Below are positions 56,854 through 64,000 of a stretch of 64,000 bases of DNA, one piece after another. The position numbers and the translations under genes are program-made. Each line of letters begins with the position of its first letter. Position 1 is the stretch's first letter. Below the pieces are notes generated by a model. It had not been told where the DNA came from and did no database searches. It saw nothing but the letters and a program-made list of their open reading frames with translations. The DNA is taken from IMG/VR virus record IMGVR_UViG_3300027644_000003, positions 35,470-99,469 of that record, one strand, 5' to 3'. Origin of the DNA: a virus.

Positions 56854-57566
56854 CCAGAGGTGCGTGGCACGTAACAGACTACGACACAGCTAAATCATAT
56901 CTATCGGGCGGTCACAAAAAATGGGATCGTCCTTTATATGTGCGAGGACTGCGTATTCAAAGTAGAAGCAAAGACATTGCTATCGTGGATAAATGGTACA
57001 ACTTTGAACCCATTTTGTTTCATCCCGATGGCACATTGACAATACAAGCACCTCAAGCAATACCAAACAATTGGGGTGGCACATGGAATCCTTTACGTTC
57101 ACAAGGTGTGCGAAGAAACTTCAAAGACTTCAGTGGACTACAAGGAATGTTTCAAAAGAATGGAACTGTATACATAACTACACAAGATGCTTTGAGGACA
57201 CCCTCAAAGATTCAAAAGTGTAGAACATGTCATGGACTTGGTTTAGTAGATAGTTGGTGTTCTCCATCATATTGTCAAAATGACTTTCCATGTAATGATC
57301 ACCCTGAATGGCAACCCAATGTTAGTTCTAGTAGTTATAGATGGCATTATGGTAATTGTCCACATGGTAACTCAGACAGTCACAGCGTTCCAAAATCACA
57401 AGACTGCTATCACTGCAAAGGTGTAGGGCTTCGTGAGTATGGTAACAACCTCATCTCTATTGCTTGGGATGGTTCCCCAATCAGGCTTAAAGATGGCAAC
57501 TTAGTAAAACAACCTCCAACCGAACTAGAGAAAAGGATCGCAGCGTATGTCCAACTTGACAGTTGA
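56850..57566 (+). CDS. Protein with DnaJ-type Zn-finger motifs
   Basis: CRTCHGLG and CYHCKGVG. Confidence 0.75.
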   Translation: MTRGAWHVTDYDTAKSYLSGGHKKWDRPLYVRGLRIQSRSKDIAIVDKWYNFEPILFHPDGTLTIQAPQAIPNNWGGTWNPLRSQGVRRNFKDFSGLQGMFQKNGTVYITTQDALRTPSKIQKCRTCHGLGLVDSWCSPSYCQNDFPCNDHPEWQPNVSSSSYRWHYGNCPHGNSDSHSVPKSQDCYHCKGVGLREYGNNLISIAWDGSPIRLKDGNLVKQPPTELEKRIAAYVQLDS

Positions 57567-58011
57567 TTACACTGGTGAAGCAGTACCAACGCAAGGTTTG
57601 GTGACCACGCCTAAAGAGGCTGCTCATCGAATTATGCTTGGTTATGTGCCAGCCAATCTAAAAGACCTAAGCACTAATACTCACTTCAGAGATACAGTGC
57701 TTGGTTACATATTGAGAGATACAACAGAGCACGACGTAGTGTTAGAAGTATTATGCTGTGCCCTACGTCATGCAGCAGAAGAAGCAGATATCCGTATGTA
57801 TAGCGAGTATGTAGCAGCAGTTGCTTACTCGTGGGAACATCCAACTCTTGCGCTAAAAGCAATCTCTCGCAACAAGCCTACAAACGCAACCACCTTCATT
57901 TGGTCAGTGGCTCAGGCGATGTACAAGAAAATGCCTGGGCCTTTCTATCAAACTCTAATTGTTTCTCAATTAGAACAAAGCGAACAGCAATGGGCTAACA
58001 CCACGCCATAA
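57547..58011 (+). CDS. DUF4192-like protein
   Basis: FRDTVLG motif, helical; paralogous to 62481-62987. Confidence 0.55.
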   Translation: MSNLTVDYTGEAVPTQGLVTTPKEAAHRIMLGYVPANLKDLSTNTHFRDTVLGYILRDTTEHDVVLEVLCCALRHAAEEADIRMYSEYVAAVAYSWEHPTLALKAISRNKPTNATTFIWSVAQAMYKKMPGPFYQTLIVSQLEQSEQQWANTTP

Positions 58012-58027
58012 CCGTTCCAACACAAAC

Positions 58028-58260
58028 ATTCACACGACAAGAAGCACTCGGCAAAATACTTAACTCGACCCAAGCCGGAACGCAATAACAATGGGCCGTG
58101 GGAAGATGGTTGAAGGTGACTAACTGGTCCAACTAACCGCTTCCGCGAGCGAATCAATTCATTTGAGCAGGCCCGTAGTAGCTAAGATTTCAGTCCCTTT
58201 TGTCCTTCGTGCGTAACTCTTGTGAATACCTCGGGGCAGGTCTTATTGACCTGCCTCGGG
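58028..58260 (+). ncRNA. Structured intergenic RNA plus 13-bp hairpin
   Basis: ATTCAC/GTGAAT closure, ATGGGCC/GGCCCGT inner stem, hairpin 58230-58260. Confidence 0.5.
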
Positions 58261-58288
58261 GAACTTAACCTACTAGAAGGGAACCATA

Positions 58289-58534
58289 ATGTCTATGTTT
58301 TTTCCAGACCACGACCACAATGACGACACGCCAGATTTTGAAAACCTGTCTCCTGTTGAAAAGCAAGAGTTCTATGACTATATTACGAAGCAAATGAATT
58401 TGATTATACAAAAAGCAGAAACACAAGGAGTGCTGTTTGATTTAATTACAAAATGGCCCCACGATAAGCAGGTAGCGTATGAGATGGCTACCGTAATTGA
58501 GAACCGCGTCCTAGAAGACGACGACGAACGCTAA
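58289..58534 (+). CDS. Acidic hypothetical protein
   Basis: 81 aa ORF; AGAAGGG RBS. Confidence 0.75.
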   Translation: MSMFFPDHDHNDDTPDFENLSPVEKQEFYDYITKQMNLIIQKAETQGVLFDLITKWPHDKQVAYEMATVIENRVLEDDDER

Positions 58535-58609
58535 GTTTCCTTAACAAATTGTTAGGGAATGTCATAGCAATATGACAAACGATTCCATTACCAAAGAAGG
58601 GGTAAAGAT

Positions 58610-60052
58610 ATGGATATCGCTGTATTCACAGAGTCGTACGAACCAATCATGGGGGCTAAGCGCCGTCAGGTTCTTATCACTCCACATGATGGAAATGTAC
58701 GAATCTACTCACGTGATACTGACGGGACTAAGGGTCCTCACAACAAGTGGGAGGAAACTGACCTCGACACTATCACTGGACAGATAGGTACTGATGAAAA
58801 GCTAACACGTGAACCTGTTGCTGTATATGTTACATCAGCAGACGAACGTGCTATGACGGACAAAGGTTATTCCCCGGTCCTCGGCACCAAGGCGTGTCAA
58901 GCACATACTAAAGCAGGACTCAACACGGATACTACGCCATTTGTAGAACGCTTATGCGAAATCTACGAAGCGGTAAGTAACCATGATGATTCTCTTGAAA
59001 ACCATGTGATTGACAATCGTCGTATGCCAGGCTTACCTGTTCCGCTAGCATCAGCACCAACACAAACAACGCCAGCACCTACCGCAACACCATTTGTAGA
59101 GCCTGTTGTTCAAGCAACAAGTACATCAAACGGCGCAGTAATAACCGCAGCGCTTGCTTCAGTGCCACGCATTGAACTAGCAAAACGTTATGTGCATCGT
59201 GATATCTGGTCCCGCCAGGACTTTGAAATCTTTGATTACTCTCGTGCTAAAAGCATCAACGTTCTTATCTACGGCCCTACCGGCCCAGGTAAAACTACAT
59301 CTGTTGAAGCATGGGCTGCTGAACGCAATTTACCTATGGCAACAGTATCTGGTAACGCTTCAATGGAGCCAAGCCAAATGACTGGTAAATATGTATCTGA
59401 TGGCAATGGTTCATTTGCATGGATCGATGGCCCAGTTACAGATGTTGTTCGTAATGGTGGTGTCTTATTACTCGACGAGGTTAACTTCATCAGTCCTAAG
59501 ATCTACACTGTTCTATATTCATTGCTAGATGGTCGTCGTTCTATCACACTGTTGGATCACCATGGTGAAACTATTGAGGCTCATCCAGACCTCACTATCT
59601 TCGCTACTATGAATCCAGATTACATTGGTACAACGCCGCTCAACTTTGCATTCCGCAATCGTTTTGATATCCAGATTCCATGGGATTACGACGATAAGGT
59701 CGAGTCTAAACTAGTCTCCTCCAAGGCTTTGCTTGTAGTTGCTAAACAACTACGCGTTGAAGCTAACAAAGGTCAATACGAGACACCAATCTCAACCAAC
59801 ATGCTGCAAGAGTTCGTTAACTTTGTTGACCCTCTTGGCTACGAGTTCGCAGTGGAAAACTTCATTGCTCACTTTAGTTCTGACGAAGCAGCAAGCGTTC
59901 GATTGGTATTTCAGACACACGAACACAATATCAAGACAGACTTTGGTATTGAAATCCCAATAACTCTTGAGAAAGAGTCTGAAGGAAAATCTCCTGAAGA
60001 ACTTCTTAAAGAGTGGGCAGGACAATACGGAGCAGTTAACGGATTGGTATAA
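58610..60052 (+). CDS. MoxR/CobS-like AAA+ ATPase
   Basis: GPTGPGKT, LLDEVN, ATMNP and NRF motifs. Confidence 0.93.
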   Translation: MDIAVFTESYEPIMGAKRRQVLITPHDGNVRIYSRDTDGTKGPHNKWEETDLDTITGQIGTDEKLTREPVAVYVTSADERAMTDKGYSPVLGTKACQAHTKAGLNTDTTPFVERLCEIYEAVSNHDDSLENHVIDNRRMPGLPVPLASAPTQTTPAPTATPFVEPVVQATSTSNGAVITAALASVPRIELAKRYVHRDIWSRQDFEIFDYSRAKSINVLIYGPTGPGKTTSVEAWAAERNLPMATVSGNASMEPSQMTGKYVSDGNGSFAWIDGPVTDVVRNGGVLLLDEVNFISPKIYTVLYSLLDGRRSITLLDHHGETIEAHPDLTIFATMNPDYIGTTPLNFAFRNRFDIQIPWDYDDKVESKLVSSKALLVVAKQLRVEANKGQYETPISTNMLQEFVNFVDPLGYEFAVENFIAHFSSDEAASVRLVFQTHEHNIKTDFGIEIPITLEKESEGKSPEELLKEWAGQYGAVNGLV

Positions 60053-60054
60053 CT

Positions 60055-61971
60055 ATGTACATTGAAGAACTAGAACAGCACTGGGGTGATGCCCGGACTG
60101 AAGATACACAGCAACGTTCTGTTCGACTCAATGCACTATGTCGTGTATACGAACAGGCTGACCGTGTACTCACGGGTGACCCAGTCACAGTCAATGTAGT
60201 GCCTAACGGCCCCGCACCAGCGTGGTCTGATGGTGCATCTATTTACATCAACCTTGATCAAATTGAGGAGATGGACTTAGAAACATTAACACAGGTTAAC
60301 GGTCTCAATTACCATGAGCTAGCCCATCACCTGTATACGCCTCGCAAAGGCACAGAACTAATCAAGTGGGTCATTGATAAAAAATACTTCCAAGCCTTTA
60401 ACATCTTGGAAGATCAACGTATCGAGACTCTCTTAGTTGGTAGATATCCATCTATTGCGCCATACCTAACAGCAACAGTTGCTCGTTGGTTAGGTGCATC
60501 AGAAGATGTCAATGGTAACTATGTCTGCATACGTGGCCGTCGTTACTTACCTGTTGAAATTAGACAAGCATTCCGTGACGAGTTTGCCTTCCCTGAACTA
60601 ATACCAACAATAATTAGAATCGTAGATGAGTATCGATTGCTAGCGTTTCCACAAGGATACGCACGAGCACAAGAACTAATCGAAGAGTTCTATGATGAAG
60701 TATGCCTACCAATGGGCTTACTACCTGAGATGGATGGTGGCCCCAACAAGTGTGGTGGTCGTGATCCAGTATCAAAAGGCAGACCTGAACCTGGTAAGGC
60801 TCAGGAGAAAGACGCTCAACGAGCAGCAGGTATGGGTACTAAAGAATCTACTTATGTACCTAAACCTAAAACTAATGAGAGCCCATCTTCAGATAACAAT
60901 GGACTATCTGATATGCCTACCAACACAAACCCAAACGATGACGGCAATGGATCTAATCCATCTACCACATCTGCGCCACGCTCTGTCCAAGAAGCATTGG
61001 ACATACGAGAGCAAAATATAAATACATCCTCAATAACACCCGGAACAGGACATGCTCCTAGTCTTGGTGGTTTACCTGACAAAATCAATGACATGCTAAA
61101 TACAGCAATTGATGAAGTGCTTGAACGTAAAGATGTACAAGCAGACGTCAAAACAAAACAGCGTGTAATTGTAGGTGGAGATGGTAAACACGAGGATATA
61201 ACTAAGAAAGGTAAATTCAATGATACAAGCGTTCCCCAAGACGCAATAATCTCTTATCGCAAGTTTGCTAAAGAGTTACAGCGTTTACGCGATGATTCAG
61301 AACCTACGTGGCAAAGAGAAACCCCTACAGGTCGACTCAATGTACAACGTGTAATCAGAGGTTGCGAAATTGATCAATCCTTTGATAGGTGGGACGAAGG
61401 TGATGATGGCTGTGATATCGAAGCAGTTATCCTTGTCGACCGTTCAGGTTCTATGTCTAGTCAACAGAATGATAAAAAAGCATCTATCGCTTGCTGGACT
61501 ATCAAACGTGCGCTAGAACATATACAAGCCCCAGTCACCGTCTATGCCTTTGATGATAAAGCAGAAGTTGCTTATACTCGTAATGAGCGTGCATCTAAAA
61601 CTCAATACAAGTTCATCTATGGTAATGGTGGTACAGAACCGTACCCAACCTTGCTTGCTGCCGAACAGTTACTTATGGCTTCGCGTAAGAAGAATAAGAT
61701 GCTGTTCATTGTTACCGATGGTGTGTTCAACACAAACAAAAACGACGAACTAATTGAACGCATTACCCGTCGCGGTATCTTGACATCTATGATTCTTATC
61801 ATGGAGGATAAAGAATGGAAATACTATGTAGAAGACCATAACCAACTCACTCAAGAGCAGTTACGGCACAAAGCAGAAGTATTTGCCCGTATCAATACTG
61901 CCAAAGACTTACTCCCATTTGCTAAACAAGTGGTAGTCAGTGCCATCAAAAAACGCTCGAGAATGAGATAG
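60055..61971 (+). CDS. CobT-like VWA protein with N-terminal metallopeptidase motif
   Basis: HELAH, FNILEDQRIE, MIDAS DRSGS, GGT and VTDG motifs. Confidence 0.92.
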   Translation: MYIEELEQHWGDARTEDTQQRSVRLNALCRVYEQADRVLTGDPVTVNVVPNGPAPAWSDGASIYINLDQIEEMDLETLTQVNGLNYHELAHHLYTPRKGTELIKWVIDKKYFQAFNILEDQRIETLLVGRYPSIAPYLTATVARWLGASEDVNGNYVCIRGRRYLPVEIRQAFRDEFAFPELIPTIIRIVDEYRLLAFPQGYARAQELIEEFYDEVCLPMGLLPEMDGGPNKCGGRDPVSKGRPEPGKAQEKDAQRAAGMGTKESTYVPKPKTNESPSSDNNGLSDMPTNTNPNDDGNGSNPSTTSAPRSVQEALDIREQNINTSSITPGTGHAPSLGGLPDKINDMLNTAIDEVLERKDVQADVKTKQRVIVGGDGKHEDITKKGKFNDTSVPQDAIISYRKFAKELQRLRDDSEPTWQRETPTGRLNVQRVIRGCEIDQSFDRWDEGDDGCDIEAVILVDRSGSMSSQQNDKKASIACWTIKRALEHIQAPVTVYAFDDKAEVAYTRNERASKTQYKFIYGNGGTEPYPTLLAAEQLLMASRKKNKMLFIVTDGVFNTNKNDELIERITRRGILTSMILIMEDKEWKYYVEDHNQLTQEQLRHKAEVFARINTAKDLLPFAKQVVVSAIKKRSRMR

Positions 61972-61980
61972 GAGGTAAAC

Positions 61981-62181
61981 ATGTACGTTGTATTTGACAA
62001 TATGACTGAAACAATAATTGGACCATTTAATGATTATGAAGATGCACAGATGTTCGTTCTACATGCATCAGGCATAACTATTAATGATTATGTTTCAGAC
62101 TTAACTATTGAACCTGTCTCTGAACCTCAGGAATGGGCTTTGGATAATGGATTAGAATCAGAACTAGGAGTTCTATCATGA
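61981..62181 (+). CDS. Hypothetical protein
   Basis: IGPF..YEDA motif; AGGAGG RBS. Confidence 0.75.
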   Translation: MYVVFDNMTETIIGPFNDYEDAQMFVLHASGITINDYVSDLTIEPVSEPQEWALDNGLESELGVLS

Positions 62182-62315
62182 ACAATAAAGAAATGGCTGA
62201 ACAAGATAAAGAAACATATGCGCAATACGAAGCTGCTACCCGTCAACTGTTAATCAAACACAAAGCGGAAGACCTATTACCAATGCTAGGACTAGAGGAA
62301 CAAACAAATGAGTGA
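62178..62315 (+). CDS. Hypothetical protein (45 aa)
   Basis: Manual ORF MNNKEMAEQ...MLGLEEQTNE; ATGA overlap, AGGAG RBS. Confidence 0.7.
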   Translation: MNNKEMAEQDKETYAQYEAATRQLLIKHKAEDLLPMLGLEEQTNE

Positions 62316-62484
62316 ACAACTCAAAGCACAACAAGAGTTCGTCAATCGTTCGGGTGAGTGCACATGCATTGTGTACCACCCAGTTGGCGAAGAATACCAA
62401 CGAGTGTTCATGGAATGGACACGCACTGGCAAAAGTAGCATGGCTATGGCTGCCCAATTGTTTAGTGAATGTGGCACCCGATGA
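62308..62484 (+). CDS. Hypothetical protein (58 aa)
   Basis: Manual ORF MSEQLKAQQEF...ECGTR; GAGGA RBS. Confidence 0.7.
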   Translation: MSEQLKAQQEFVNRSGECTCIVYHPVGEEYQRVFMEWTRTGKSSMAMAAQLFSECGTR

Positions 62485-62987
62485 GCATCACTATAACACG
62501 CAAAGAAGCCTGTGAACTAATACGTTCATACATTGGTAAACCAAATGGACCTAAAGGAGAAGACTTAAACAAGATTGTCTTTGCTGTAAACAATGACTAT
62601 CAAGTACGGGACTTTATGCTAGGTCTGCCTGAATACTATGATGTACAAGAAATTGTTAACTTCTTGTGCCACATGTCCAACAAAGCGCCTTGCGGTGAAG
62701 ATGCACCATTTATCACTGTCAACGCAGCGCTTGCCTACGAACACGACCAACTAGAAGACTTCTTTAGTCAGGTTGGGTACGTGGCAACACATAGGCCTGA
62801 GTACTCTCTAAATCAAATGCTTATGCGATGTGCAAAGGCACACTTCCCCGGTGAGATGCTAGGTAAAATGCGCGGAGAGTTAGCCGCCATAGTAATGAAG
62901 TCGTGTTACACAGACACGCCAGATCAGATCATTACAAAACTAGAGAAGCCAGACAAACTCGACTCAACACAAACAACCGATGTCTAA
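62481..62987 (+). CDS. DUF4192-like protein
   Basis: DYQVRDFMLG and YSL..ML motifs. Confidence 0.65.
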   Translation: MSITITRKEACELIRSYIGKPNGPKGEDLNKIVFAVNNDYQVRDFMLGLPEYYDVQEIVNFLCHMSNKAPCGEDAPFITVNAALAYEHDQLEDFFSQVGYVATHRPEYSLNQMLMRCAKAHFPGEMLGKMRGELAAIVMKSCYTDTPDQIITKLEKPDKLDSTQTTDV

Positions 62988-63162
62988 GTACTTAGTTAGA
63001 TGCAAAGCATCTGTGTACTTTGATATTGAAATGGAAGCACAAGAAAAATGGGACGCCGAATCTGAAGGTCTTGATGCTTTCGGCAACCTATTAGACAACG
63101 CACCCTTGCCATCTCCTCTTGAATGGGATAGCGTAGAAGTGTGGGAAGTAGAACCCATCTAA
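62980..63162 (+). CDS. Small acidic protein
   Basis: 60 aa ORF overlapping upstream gene. Confidence 0.7.
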   Translation: MSKYLVRCKASVYFDIEMEAQEKWDAESEGLDAFGNLLDNAPLPSPLEWDSVEVWEVEPI

Positions 63163-63179
63163 CGAGTAGAAGGGAAAAC

Positions 63180-63425
63180 ATGAAGCCGTATCACATACGT
63201 CTTACATTTGACGTCAACATTGCTCCATGGCGTATTGACGATCCAAATGACGTTAACAATCACGAATGGTCATTGTCAGTTTATGACAGAAACTTAGGCG
63301 AGTGGATTCCACTTAGTAGTTGTACTCGCCCTGGGGAGTCTCATAGAATTGCCAAGATCGAGGTGCTAAATGATGAAACCCCCAGTAGCACTCCGGGGGT
63401 CTCAACTGAAGGCGTGAACTCCTAG
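63180..63425 (+). CDS. Hypothetical protein
   Basis: Start at ATG 63180 behind AGAAGGG RBS. Confidence 0.7.
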   Translation: MKPYHIRLTFDVNIAPWRIDDPNDVNNHEWSLSVYDRNLGEWIPLSSCTRPGESHRIAKIEVLNDETPSSTPGVSTEGVNS

Positions 63426-63475
63426 TTTTAGGACTTTACGTGTACAGTCTACAGTACAAAAGAAAGGAGAACGAC

Positions 63476-63724
63476 ATGCATAACATGGAGTTTGCTAATG
63501 GAACTGTCAATAATAAGCATGTTCGTAAGTTAATAGCCGCCCTAGAAGGAGCAGGGTTGGAAGTAACTATAACAAAAGGCAAGCAACACATCCGTGTAGA
63601 GAATCCTGAAACCCATAAGGTAGTATTCTTTGGTGGCAACTCTCTCGGGGACTGGCGAGCCTCAAAAAATATACTGCGAGACCTAAAAATTGTAGGTTTC
63701 GATCAAGATATCAAACTAGGTTAG
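63476..63724 (+). CDS. HicA-like dsRBD-fold protein
   Basis: RKLI..LE.AG..V..TKG..HI.V....D.R..KN..RDLK..GF. Confidence 0.75.
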   Translation: MHNMEFANGTVNNKHVRKLIAALEGAGLEVTITKGKQHIRVENPETHKVVFFGGNSLGDWRASKNILRDLKIVGFDQDIKLG

Positions 63725-63733
63725 GAGTAGCAC

Positions 63734-64000
63734 ATGGCTAAAAAAATCAACAGTATGTTCAGTGCAAGTATCGTAAAAAACCGAACAAAAGGTGGTGCGT
63801 GGTTAACAACCATTAAACTAACTGATGAAGGTATAGATACACCATACGATTCATATCAAGCAGCATGGTCTAACGCATCAGCTGCAAAACGATGGATTAA
63901 AGAAGTACTACAAACAACTACCCCACGTAAATCTGTAAAGATGTTACCTGGCTCTGAGTTAGACGACAAACAAAAACCTGTCGTATTTGCTGGGGCGGTT
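63734..64000 (+). CDS. Hypothetical protein, 3' end outside window
   Basis: MAKKINSMF...; AGGAG RBS; open to window end. Confidence 0.7.
   Translation, partial: MAKKINSMFSASIVKNRTKGGAWLTTIKLTDEGIDTPYDSYQAAWSNASAAKRWIKEVLQTTTPRKSVKMLPGSELDDKQKPVVFAGAV

Noticed and set aside
57990-58088. Frameshift extension of gene 57547-58011
   Set aside because: No slippery motif, the extension is short, and it overlaps a predicted RNA structure.

Overview
64 kb of a large contractile-tailed phage (myovirus) genome. A freshwater actinobacterial host is likely but is an inference from gene order, an N4-gp56-type capsid, DUF4192-like and SLT_3-like proteins and moderate GC. Positions 1-52.7 kb are mostly a minus-strand late region. 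In transcription order it encodes: KTSC-like protein, HslV-like peptidase, candidate internal/virion proteins, terminase, portal, scaffold, capsid, adaptor, four collagen-like fibres, two giant Gly-rich fibres, a GT2-TPR glycosyltransferase, a Cys-rich fibre with an atypical Hint domain, basic microproteins, sheath, tube, chaperone, tape measure with M23 and lysozyme domains, and baseplate. At about 52.8 kb a CGGACA repeat array marks a strand switch to a plus-strand early region of small Zn-finger and membrane proteins, a MoxR/VWA pair and a HicA-like gene. The most unusual signal is in the early intergenic DNA. Most gaps from 52.9 to 58.6 kb fold into closed, multi-helix RNAs, several pseudoknotted, with G-U pairs that indicate the plus strand. 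These include a tRNA-minihelix mimic and a long-range helix that brackets the first early gene. Hairpin loops reading CCCUUC complement the GAAGGG ribosome-binding sites of several early genes. Two candidate programmed frameshifts occur in tail genes. All RNA folds and family assignments were made by eye; no searches or folding programs were run.
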